Source: Phoronis australis (Eukaryota; Animalia; Phoronida). From it: 64,000 nt of DNA. The notes beneath the pieces are model-generated. The model saw nothing but the letters and a program-made list of their open reading frames with translations, was not told the origin of the DNA and did no database searches. Positions 1 through 12,600 of this stretch are shown here, one piece after another. The stretch's first letter is position 1; every line of letters begins with the position of its first letter. Both the position numbers and the translations under genes were made by a program. The stretch covers positions 111,476 through 175,475 of the forward strand of contig NMRA01000732.1 in the NCBI GenBank assembly GCA_002633005.1, read 5' to 3'.

Positions 1-644
1 GATATTTGCAAACGTGTGATATTTTGTTTTCTTTGTAATTGCTGAAATATGCAATACGTTCCCGAGTGTTTTGAAATAGAGATTGAGTGTTGACAAATAA
101 ATTGACCTGATCAGTTTTCTTGTTGTAGCCGAAGTAAATGAATGTCATTTCTTTAAAATAATCACTTTTCACACTAACTATTGCATCGTGATCAATGTAA
201 TCAGTGGTTTGTATTAAACAATTTTAAAAGTGTCACCTGTGTCGTTGGTATGAAAAGATATTAATACGTTCTACTGGAATATATTGCTGTGGATATTCCC
301 TGTTTCTGTGTCAGTTTAGTGTGTAATTATCTGTTGTGATACAGCACTGTCAGGAGTCTATAGACCTTGTTTGAAGCTGAAAAGATAAATATACAGAGCT
401 CTTGCACAAATTTCCACCATTTGTTTCAAACGGGCTACGCAATTGCACTCTTTAACACATTGACCTTGTTTAAATGTCTTACTTTGTGTGTTTAATATTC
501 TCAAGTTTTGGTGACGACTGTGTTCTACCTCCGATAATCCTGAATATTGTGAATTCAAAATACATAATAGAGTCCTTGACATTATATAACTTTTCAAACC
601 TGAACTCTGTTTGATTGTGGCCTTTTACAGATAATTTGTGTGTA

Positions 645-692
645 ATGCCTTGCCAGAACTGTCAAGCCGAGTTTCATATCTTCAGACTGAAG
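645..692 (+). CDS. RNF34: RNF34-like coding exon 1 ([16 protein letters not shown])
   Basis: Acceptor ttttacag ends at 630 and donor is AAG|gtcagt; supplies the first CxxC of the FYVE-like finger. Confidence 0.8.
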
Positions 693-3600
693 GTCAGTCT
701 AACCAGCTTATTAATGCATTGGTTTCTTTCCGCTTTCCTTTGTTTAACTCTAAACTTCTAGCATTTGGGAGTTCTCTATTTTTAAAGACTTTATATTGAA
801 ATTCATGAAATTTCTGTTCGCAATACATTTTTTTTTTGTCTGGAACCCAAACAAAGTAGGTGCGTACAACATTCCCACGGGTTCAGTTCTGTACTGGATG
901 AACATTGTTCATAATCGATCTAATTTTGGATGGTCGGAATGCCCTAACAAATCGTTGCAGTTTGCATGTTTTTGTAATTTTTGAAGACCTGCATATATTT
1001 GGACCAGGTGGAGGGGCTATCTGTGATGGTGTTTAGTTGTTTAAAACAGTAGTCAACCTTTGTAAATAATTTTTTAATTGGATGACTGAAAATATTGATT
1101 CATGCCTTAAAACGTCATTCAATCATTTATAATCACATGGCTGCCATTAAAACTGTCATTTTTTGCTCTCACTGAACATGAATTTCTGAAAACTCTAAAC
1201 TGCTGGTGACTTCGTATTTGAACCATGTTTTCTTGCCGTCTATTCGTAGGGAACCATGTCTCAGATTTTTGATTTACCTTCAAACAACACAGGTATCAGC
1301 CAGCAAAAAAACAGCAATGTCCCAAGTTTCATTTTTGACAGCCGATATCTCCATTATGCGACGGAAATAAAAAAATCTGAGACACGGTTCCCCCGGCCAT
1401 GCATCAATAGAATAAGTTTGTAATATTACATTCGAATCAACCTTCACACTTTACGGAGAACTCCTATGTGTTCAAAATTCCTTAAGTGTCGAAAATCAAA
1501 AAGCCTGAAAATGGCCTATGAAGATATGTTACTGCAATCTATTGAAGTGGTCCAAACAACTGACAATTTTTGTGCATTAATAATGTGTTCAGATACAAGT
1601 AGCATTTTAATGCTAATTTTATTTAAAAAATAAAGACAATTTTTTGCGCCTACATCTTTATAATTATGTGGGTACATATTGCCGTTATTTTCGTCTGGCT
1701 GTCTGGCAGTCGCTACTATATGTTGTAAACCCCTTACAAGATCCTAATGAGATTTGGCAGATGTGTTCCTATGAAACTGACGACAGATGATGACGAGTTT
1801 CAGATCAATCGGTCTACTGCTATGCTTTGCCCCCTGGTGTCAGTTTCTTTAAAGTTTGCCTCTTTATCTTTGGATTTCCTTTATGAATGTGCATGAAATT
1901 TGGCAAATTTATAGTTTCTATTTATAAAAAGACGATGCCTTCCTATTTGAGGCCGGATTCTGTGCCTCTTATGTCCTCAACCCTTTTCAGGATCTTTGTG
2001 ACAAATTGCACCACTTTCTACTCAGTCTGATTGTGACATGAGTTTAGACAGAGCTTTGAAGGACTGAACAGTCCTGATATGACACTGCTTGTACAAAAAA
2101 AATTTCTCACGGTGTAGTGTGCATGGTGCAGTCACTATGTAAACACATCTAATGCAGTATGCTGGCTAATCTTGCACTCATTTCATTTTACAATTTTAAA
2201 TTTAAGAGGCTATTTGAAGAGAAATATAATTTAAAATGCTTTTGTTACAGTTCAATAGAAATATGGCATTGGAAGTATTCTGGTGAAGCTTTGCAGCTGA
2301 CTTGATTTACCCTCAAACCAGTCAGTTTATTAGTCTATCGCAGGGTGATACCCGATATTATGATGTCAAAGTAGTTATCCAGCATGTGTAACTTTTTGCA
2401 GCTTACTAGTACACAAGTTCATGGATTTCTAAGACTTGTTTGACTGCAGTTGCACGAACATTAACTTGTTTCTTGTAAACCTTTTTGTCTTAATTTGTTT
2501 TCCTGGTCAGAAACAGTTTTGTGGTTATGAACGTAATAACGTTCTAAAATTCTATGTTTGACCCATTTGTACTAACTTCTACTTTGAAACAATCAGTAGG
2601 AGGCTGGTACAAGAATACCATACAAGCTAATTATATGATTTTGACTTCTGTTTGATGACTTTTGAAGTTTTTGCATTTTATAAAAAAGTCAACCTTCAAT
2701 TATTCTACACCTGTCTGTTTTACCGCCTAGAGCGCAACTCAAAAATCAGGTGGTGGGCGTTAATCCAAACAGTAGTGCTTAAAAATGAAATTTCTAAGTA
2801 GTCAGGGGTGAGTCCATAGAGTCGATCAGTTTAAGAACTTTTTATTGTCTGCCATAGTAAAGAGGAGAAGAGTACGGGTATTTTCTTTGTCAAAAAGAGG
2901 CGAGGTTCTGCTGGAGTTCACTCATCGTTACTCAAATGTAATCTAGTTGCGTACTTGCCATGGGCTAAAATTCTGGTGAGGTGGAAGTTCTCATAGACAC
3001 GGGTACTGTTAAGGAAATCTCAGTTGCATAAATTGGGGCCGCGGCTGGGCAGTAAGCTGAACATAGGGGTTTAATGGTGAAAATTCCGGGGTAAGGCGTG
3101 GAAAGCAGAGCTCGGGTGTTAACCTGACATGTACAGTGATTGTTGATTTGGGTGGACGTTGAATTTCATATCAGTTGGCAGATTTTTTGTTTTTGGATAA
3201 TTACTATCATTCGAACATACGTAGCTATTCTAGTGAGAATAAAAGAATTAGAGGCCTATGTTGAATTACTTGTTTACAGAAGTCGTGTGCAGATTGTCAA
3301 CTGTTGCACTGCTCAGCCTGTCTGGAGAAGGTGACGGGCCGTGACAACAGTCGACGTCGTTGCCTCAACTGTCGAATCCTGGCCTCAGGCAAGTTCCAGA
3401 AGAAAGACCTGATGGACATGCACGTACGATACCTGCGCCATTTCCTCTCTCGGAAGAACGTGAACACAGCCACGTGTCTCGAGAAACATGATCTGGTGGA
3501 GAAGGTGTTGAACTTGTTGAGCGAAAACTACCGGCGGGAACAAGAGGAACATGATGTCATGGTTGAAGAGCTTGCGGTAATTCAAATGGAATACTTGGCT

Positions 3601-6600
3601 TGACCGATAGTAAAATCTCACCAATTTCGGACAAAAATAATTGCCAAAAAATTGCTTTTTTTCTTTTTCAAAGGCTTTTATCATTGTTGGGAATGACACC
3701 AATAACAACTCAGGACCTTGTGTGATGGCAAGCTGTTGAATAAAACTAGTGAAACATTGCCTTGGTGCTTCCTGTCTGTTTTGCAAAAACGTGAAGATAA
3801 AATTTCCCCTATCAGCCATATTGTTTCCTAAAGTGGTGAGTATTTTACCATTTTCATATTTAATACATATTAAGATGAGCACATTCATCCAGGTGTGGAC
3901 TGACCATGTCTGTATTGCCAAAGTGGGCATCTGTATCCTCCTAGTGGGCACCTCCTGTGGCCTCCCAGTGGGCACCTCCTGTAGCCTCCCAGTGGGCACC
4001 TGTGACCTCCCAGTGGGCACCTCCTGTGGCCTCCCAGTTGGCACCTCCTGTGGCCTCCTAGTGGGCACCTCCTGTGGCCTCCCAGTGGGCACCTCCTGTG
4101 GCCTCCCAGTGGTCACCTCCTGTGGCCTCCCAGTGGGCACCTCCTGTGGCCTCCCAGTGACTCATACACTGTGTTGCCATAATGTTAGTGAAATTTATTT
4201 GAGGAATAAAAGAACTTCACTATATTAATTTTGTCTTTGGGACCTCAACGCCAGTCGTTGGTGCAGGTTATTGTCACATTTTTGGTCTGACCAACTACAT
4301 ATTGATCACGAATAAAAGTCAATAATTTTACATAATGCTTATTCATAGGTAGTTTTTTGCCGATTTCAGAGACAATTCCAGGCTTCAGAGGCTGTTAATA
4401 ACACAGCCACAGTGCAAAGCAGTGACACTGTGCCCGACACAGATCAAAATGCCTCAGAAGATAGTGAAGTGATGGGAAGTGACAACACCATTGTTAACAG
4501 TGTAGAGGTAACTGCTACTGAGAACAATAACAGTGCCACGTCTGGAGATGGACAAGAAACCCCTGGCAGCAATGGTGGTGAAGATGGTGGCGATGATGGT
4601 GGCAATGATGGTGATGATGGCAGTAGCAGTACTAATAGTGACTGTGAAGACCCTGCCGTGGTGTCTAGGCGAGACAAGCGTAATGTAAGTTTATGATAAG
4701 TTATACAGTAAAACTCCTCTAATTTAGATCTATTAACTGAAGGGAGAGTTTTTAACTAAGTAAGGCAAAATCTGAATAATCTTAAGGGCCAAACTAGAAC
4801 AACCCTATTGCGGAATGTTGTCCATGTTAAGTAAAAATCCAACAGGTATTTCTGAAAAAAATAGTTTAATCTCATCTTAGCAAACTGAAACTTTATCTGT
4901 AATGCTCAAGTTATTTTTAAACTGTGATATTCTAATAATTACATGACTAAATCTTTATTCAGCAACTGTCAGGAGGGAGTTTGGTGTCAGTTTTCATGAA
5001 ACGAGCCCCAAATATTTTGTCAAATATCTGTCCTTGTCATGAATTCTATGAGTTATTGACAACAGAAATTATTTTATTTAAGGTCTGAAAGTACCGAAGT
5101 GTCATTTTACACAAGTCTAGCAGGCTAGATTATGAATTGTTGTTTGCAATAAAGTTTAAGTTTCAGAAATTTTATTCTTTTCCATAACTTGACTGAATTT
5201 TGGAGCAGTGGCACGTTTGATTGATTATTGATTACTAACTTGGCAAGATTTTGTTGACGCAGGTTGTTCTATGAAGCATCAGTACATGTACCCTTTTGAT
5301 AAACAGATTCAGTTCTTGATGCCTGTTAAATCTTAACTGTGATTGGGAGAATAAAATGCAAGGTCAGTACCCGCCCTAGAATAGGATCTGTGCCCAGTGG
5401 CGCTATTATGTCCTGGGTAATATTCCCTTCAACCTGTAATAACCAAACTTTACTTGAGTCTGGACTCAATAATTGACCCACTGCTTGTCATGCTTCGACT
5501 AAACTTACACGTTTAACTCCGTGTGATTGTTAACTTTTGATTAAAGTTTTGTATTCACAGGCCCTGTTCTTTCTTTTGTGTTAGTGGGTTGATTAGATAC
5601 AAGGGGTGGGTGTTCATGCTGAAGAGTCATAGTTGACCATTCTTATGATGGGTTTACTCTGATGCTTCATTTAGTACAAATGGTCTTTTCATTAGACATC
5701 ATCAGGATCATATTTACAACAATTTAGGACAACAAGTGCCAACATATACCTCACTTCACTTTATGGATGTTACCTGAGCTGTATGTTGGCACTTGTTGTC
5801 CTTAATTGTTGTAGATATGGTCCTGATGATGTCTAATGAAAAGACAAAACTTCGAATGGAACATGAACTTTATTATTTGTGCGGTGATCGTCCGGTTTTT
5901 AATCTTACTGTGGCCTAAAACTGATTTTAATTCATTTAGTAGTTTCTTATCGTATGTTAGGGAGATCCTCTATCGATTCGTGGAAACAGAGCCTCTCTGT
6001 CGGATTTAGAAACTGAGGAGGACTTAGCGCGACTGTCGGTCAGACAGCTGAAGGAGATACTGGCACGTAACTTTGTGGATTTCAAGGGTTGTGTGGAGAG
6101 ACATGAGCTGGAGGACAGGGTAAAGAGACTGTGGCTCTCGGACTTGGAGAACAAGAGAAATCTGAAGGAAGGTAGGAAGGATAGTGCAGTGTGCGCATGG
6201 TCATGCCAATAGACTTGTACAAGTAGTTAGGCTACAGGTTATACTTTTAAATTGCTTTTTGCTGAAAACCACACTCCTATTGTCCCGACTGTCTTGTTTC
6301 CTCAAGCTCACCAAAAATTTTTTGATTTAGGACACTTGCTGTAATAAATTTGATCTTAACTTGTCCATTGCTCAGATTAGAGACAGTTTCTGTGCTTGAG
6401 AACAACTGACAGTTGGTTTCTGCTTGAGATCAAACTCCATAAGTTGGCTTGTCATTCTCTGAGCTTGATTGCTAGCACCACTGATTTGTCAGTTTATTCC
6501 TATATCTGGAATCGTCCCTGACAAAAAAAGAAACAAGTTGAAACAGATTTCATCATAGATATGGAACTGCAGGTGCAAACGTCTACATTTTGTAACATGT

Positions 6601-9600
6601 ATTTGTTTGACTAAAATAATAAAATGAAAGCGCTCCGAGGAGCGACACTTGGCGAAATTAACCAAAAAGATGACGATAAAGATGATGACGAAGATGATGA
6701 ATATGACGACGATGGTGGCGAGGATGAACAATAGAAGTAAATAAATAATAACATACACATGACGAACACAGAAGTCCGAAATCAGTAATAGGCTACAGTC
6801 TTGAGCGACACTTGGCGAAATTAACTGAAAAGACAACTACGGAGATGATGACGAAGATGACGAATATGATGATGGGGGGGGCGATGATGAACAAACATCA
6901 TGGCATTCATATGACGAACTTAGATGTCATAAATCAATAAGAAATAGGCTACAGTCTAGTTCAATAGAAGATAAACCAACATCAATGCAGCAAGAGCGCT
7001 CAACAAAGGAACAGCGTTATCAGAAAATCTCAAATAACTCAAAAAGTAGACGTCCTAGCGAAAAATGGAAAACATCTTCTGAAAGCCCAGTCAAAATTCT
7101 ATCTAAACTGATGGTATCGCCTAATTCCGTAAATTTTCCGAAAAAGATTAAATTTTGCGTTTTTCTTAAGAAATTCAAAGTCAAATAACTCGAAAACGGT
7201 AAGTCTGAGAAAAAAATTGTTATAGGCCATTTGAAAGATTATACTTCAAAGAATCTACATGCAAAAAATCACGTCTTTTTCTCTTCCCGTTTAAAATCGC
7301 ACTCCAGACTACTGAAAATGGGTCAACATGCGCCAGATCCGCCATCTTGAAAGCAACTTCCGGTTTTTTGGCTTTGTATAATAGCATGTTATAAGAAACT
7401 AATACCTGTAAAAATTCGAAGGAATTGGTCTTATAATACGCCCTCTAGAGGAGAAAACGTTTTTAGGCCAAAATCGAGGTGCGCATGCGCGATCGCCGAT
7501 ATTTCTGCCATCTTTAACCGGAAATAAACAATTTCCTGTATACTTGTAGCAAACTTCCGGTCCATTTACTGTGCCGATTCTTAGCCTTTTACGTAAAAAA
7601 TTGTAGCCTCCAGAAGCATTTGAACCTTTAAATGGAAACAAAATGGCCGCCACAGCCGCCATCTTGGATCCGATTTTGACGAAAAACAATAGGCTTCCAG
7701 TACTTCCGGTAGTACGTGTTATGTGTAAATTTCGTGATGATCGGACGAAAATTGCGACCTGTATTGTGCGAACAAACAAAAAAAATGAAATCGCTCCGAG
7801 GAGCGAACCTTGGCGAAATTAACCAAAAAGATGACCACAAAGATGATGACGAAGATGACGAATATGACGACGATGGTGGCGAGGATGAACAAAAGAACAC
7901 ATGACGAACGTAGAAGTCCGAAATCAGTAAGAAAAAGGCTACAGTCTTGAGCGACACTTGGCGAAATTAACGGACAAGAGAACGATGGAGATGATGACGA
8001 AGATGATGACGATGATGACGAATATGATGATGGTGGTGGCGATGATGAACAACATGTCAACATTCATATGATGAGCTTAGATGTCATAAATCAATAAGAA
8101 ATGGGCTACAGTCTAGTTCATAGAAGGAAAACCAACCTGAATGCAGCAAGAGCGCTCAACAAAGGAGCAGCGTTATCACAAAATCTCAAATAACTCGAAA
8201 AGTAGACGTTGTAGAGAAAAATGAAAAGAATCTTCTGAAAGCCCGTTCAAAATTCTATCTTAACTGATGGTATCGCTTAATTCCGTAAATTTTTCGAAAA
8301 AAATGAAATTTTGCGTTTTTTTAAGAAATTCAAAGTCAACTAACTCGAAAACGGTAAATCTGAGAAAAAAATTGTTTTCAGGCCATTTGAAAGAATATAC
8401 TTCAAAGAATCTACATGCAAAAAATCACATCTTTTTCTTCTCCCGTTAAAAATTGCACTCCAGACGACTGAAAATGGGTCAACATGCGCCAGATCCGCTA
8501 TCTTGAAAGCAACTTCCGGTTTTTTGGCTTTGAATAATAGCATGCTAGGAGATACTAATACCTGTAAAAATTCAAAGGAATTGGTCTTATAATGCGCCCT
8601 CTAGAGGAGAAAACGTTTTTAGGCCAAAATCGAGGTGCGCATGCGCGATCGCCGATATTTCCGCAATCTTTAACCGGAAGTAAACAATTTCAGGTATACT
8701 TGTAGCAATATTCCGGTCCATTTACTGTGCCGATTCTTAGCCTTTTTCGTAAAAAATTGTAGCCTCCAGAAGCATTTGAACCTTTAAATGGAAACAAAAT
8801 GGCCACCACAGCCGCCATCTTGGATTCGATTTTGACGAAAAACAATAGGCTTCCAGTACTTTTGGAAGTACGTGTTATGTGTAAATTTCGTGATGATCGG
8901 ACGAAAATTGCGACCTGTATCGTGCGAACAAACAAAAAAAAATGAAAGCGCTCCGAGGAGTGAACCTTGGCGAAATTAACCAAAAAGATGACGATAAAGA
9001 TGATGACGAAGATGACGAATATGACGACGTTGGTGGCGAGGATGAACAAAAGAAGTAATAATAACATACACATGACGAACGTAGAAGTCCGAAATCAGTA
9101 AGAAAAAGGCTAGTCTTGAGCGACACTTGGCGAAATTAACGGAAAAGACAAAGACGGAGATGATGACGGAGATGATGACGATGATGACGAATATGATGAT
9201 GGTGGTGGCCATGATGAAGAACATCATAACATTCATATGACGAATTTAGATGTCATTAATTATTAAGAAATAGGCTGCAGTCTAGTTCAATACAAGCTAA
9301 ACCAACCTGAATGCAGCAAGAGCGCTCAACAAAGGAGCAGCGTTATCACAAAATCTCAAGTAACTCAAAAAGTAGACGTCGTAGAGAAAAATGGAAAGCA
9401 TCTTCTGAAAGCCCGTTCCAAGCTATATCTAAACAAATGGTATTGCTTAATTCCGTAAATTTTTCGAAAAAAATGAAATTTTGAATTCTTTTTAAGAAAT
9501 TCAAAGTCAAATAACTCGAAAACGGTAAGTCTGAGAAAAAAATTGTTACAGGCCATTTGAAAGAATATACTTCAAAGAATCCACATGCAAAAAATCACGT

Positions 9601-12600
9601 CTTTTTCGCTTCCCGTTTAAAATCGCACTCCAGCACGACTGAAAATGGGTCAACATGCGCCATATCCGCCATCTTGAAAGCAACTTCCGGTTTTTGGGTT
9701 TTGTATAATAGCATGTCATAAGAAACTAATACCTGTAAAAATTCGAAGGAATTGGTCTGATAATGCGCCCTCTATAGGAGAAAACGTTTTTAGGCCAAAA
9801 TCGAGGTGCGCATGCGCGATCGCCGATATTTCCGCCATTTTTTAACCGGAAGTAAACAATTTCCGGCATACTTATAGCAAACTTCCGGTCCATTTACTGT
9901 GCAGATTCTGAGCTTTTTACGTAAAAAATTGTAGCCTCCAGAAGCATTTGAACCTTTAAATGGAAACAAAATGGCCGCCACAGCCGCCATCTTGGATCCG
10001 ATTTTGACGAAAAACAATAGGCTTCCAGTACTTCCGGAAGTACGTGTTATGTGTAAATTTNNNNNNNNNNNNNNNNNNNNNNNNNNNNNNNNNNNNNNNN
10101 NNNNNNNNNNNNNNNNNNNNNNNNNNNNNNNNNNNNNNNNNNNNNNNNNNNNNNNNNNNNNNNNNNNNNNNNNNNNNNNNNNNNNNNNNNNNNNNNNNNN
10201 NNNNNNNNNNNNNNNNNNNNNNNNNNNNNNNNNNNNNNNNNNNNNNNNNNNNNNNNNNNNNNNNNNNNNNNNNNNNNNNNNNNNNNNNNNNNNNNNNNNN
10301 NNNNNNNNNNNNNNNNNNNNNNNNNNNNNNNNNNNNNNNNNNNNNNNNNNNNNNNNNNNNNNNNNNNNNNNNNNNNNNNNNNNNNNNNNNNNNNNNNNNN
10401 NNNNNNNNNNNNNNNNNNNNNNNNNNNNNNNNNNNNNNNNNNNNNNNNNNNNNNNNNNNNNNNNNNNNNNNNNNNNNNNNNNNNNNNNNNNNNNNNNNNN
10501 NNNNNNNNNNNNNNNNNNNNNNNNNNNNNNNNNNNNNNNNNNNNNNNNNNNNNNNNNNNNNNNNNNNNNNNNNNNNNNNNNNNNNNNNNNNNNNNNNNNN
10601 NNNNNNNNNNNNNNNNNNNNNNNNNNNNNNNNNNNNNNNNNNNNNNNNNNNNNNNNNNNNNNNNNNNNNNNNNNNNNNNNNNNNNNNNNNNNNNNNNNNN
10701 NNNNNNNNNNNNNNNNNNNNNNNNNNNNNNNNNNNNNNNNNNNNNNNNNNNNNNNNNNNNNNNNNNNNNNNNNNNNNNNNNNNNNNNNNNNNNNNNNNNN
10801 NNNNNNNNNNNNNNNNNNNNNNNNNNNNNNNNNNNNNNNNNNNNNNNNNNNNNNNNNNNNNNNNNNNNNNNNNNNNNNNNNNNNNNNNNNNNNNNNNNNN
10901 NNNNNNNNNNNNNNNNNNNNNNNNNNNNNNNNNNNNNNNNNNNNNNNNNNNNNNNNNNNNNNNNNNNNNNNNNNNNNNNNNNNNNNNNNNNNNNNNNNNN
11001 NNNNNNNNNNNNNNNNNNNNNNNNNNNNNNNNNNNNNNNNNNNNNNNNNNNNNNNNCCAAGTAAAAACGAGAGCGCTCGGAGGAGCGACACTTGGCGTAA
11101 TTAATCGAAAAGACGACGATGAGGGAGACGACGACAATCATGACGATCAAGACGGCAATTATGAATAACACGATAACATTCATGTGACTAGCGAAGAAAT
11201 CAAATAGAGAGCATACAATCAACTACAATAAAGAACAATAGATGGCGCAACATGGCGGACGAGCCATGTCTTTTCCCACATTCTAAAATAGGTGGCGCTA
11301 TGTGACAGTATGCAAAGCAAAGTTATGTTTACAATAAGTATTTGGCCTGAAATTGTACAGTCTACAGAGCGCTATTCAGCCACAGTAGGACAGTGCTGGC
11401 TGGGTCAGTCTGGGTCAACTAGGCATAACCAAAACAAAGTGAACTGAAAGCCAGCCAGCTGCATGCTTGCATAGAGGACCGAAGGAACAACGGTATCCGA
11501 CAATCTCGAATAATTCAAAAAGTAGATGTCGTAGCGCAAAATGGAAAATATCTCCTGAAAGCCCGTTCAAAACTCTATCTAAAGTGGTAGTTTGGCAAAA
11601 ATCCAAAAATGTTTCGAGAAAATTGAAAATTTGCCGTTTTTTTTGAAATTCAAAGTCAAATAACTCGAAAACGGTAAGTCTGAGAAAGACGCTCTCGCAG
11701 ACTTTTTGAAAGGCCATACTTCAAGGAATCCACATGCAGAAATTCATGTCATTTGCTCTTCCCATAAAAAATGCGACACCAGAGCGATTGAAACCGTGTG
11801 AACATGCCCCACAGCCGCCATCTTGAAAGTGATATCCGGTTCAATAATTTTTTATAAAAGCTTATTAAACTCAACAAACACGTGACCAGTTTGAAAGTAA
11901 TTGGTTTGCAAATACGCCCTCTACAGGAGAAAACATTTTTGGCCATATTTCGGGGTGCGCATGCGCCACGTCCAATATTTCCACCATCTTTAACCGGAAG
12001 TCAACGATTTTCTGCACAACTGTAGCACATGCGTTCTAGTATATTCGTACCAATTTTCAGCTATGTATGTCGAAAAATGCGGCCTCTACGAGTATTTGAC
12101 TGTGAAATCGGATACAAAATGGCCGCCACGTCCGCCATTTTGTATCCGATCATGACCAAAAACAATGGCTTTCTAGCAGTTCCCGATCTACACGTTGTGT
12201 GCAAATTTCGTGAAAATCGGACGAAAATTGCGACCTGTAGAGAGCGAACAAAAAAAAAAAAACTTGCTGTCAGACCAACATACTTAGTGACAGAGCAACA
12301 TACTTGGCGAAATTTATTTCGCCAAGTAACAAATATTTAAAGTATGTGCAGGTGTGGATCCAGGGTTTTAACCAAGAGGGACTGATAATGGACAAACATA
12401 GGGGGTGCTTGGGATTTCTCCAATACAGCAATGTATAAGGTGACTTAGAATAAGGGTCTGGACCCTTATCTAGATCTGTGCCTGTGGTGGTTTGAACAGT
12501 TAGAGAGAACATGATGCCCATCTGAAAGCTAAATCAAACATTGTTTGATTGTGTGACATACTTCGAATAGGTATGACGCAAACCATGTAGATAAAGCCAA

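Noticed and set aside
3385-4228. 251-aa and 159-aa ORFs with PTGRPQEV / GLPVGTSC repeats
   Set aside because: Translations of the 24-bp intronic minisatellite; RNF34 splices cleanly around it.
6489-9236. Acidic (DDDEDDEY) and hydrophobic/Ser-rich ORFs
   Set aside because: Products of (GAT)n-like tracts in the tandem unit; frames are not preserved between copies.
9790-11222. Long 370-430 aa ORFs
   Set aside because: Artefacts of reading through the N gap.
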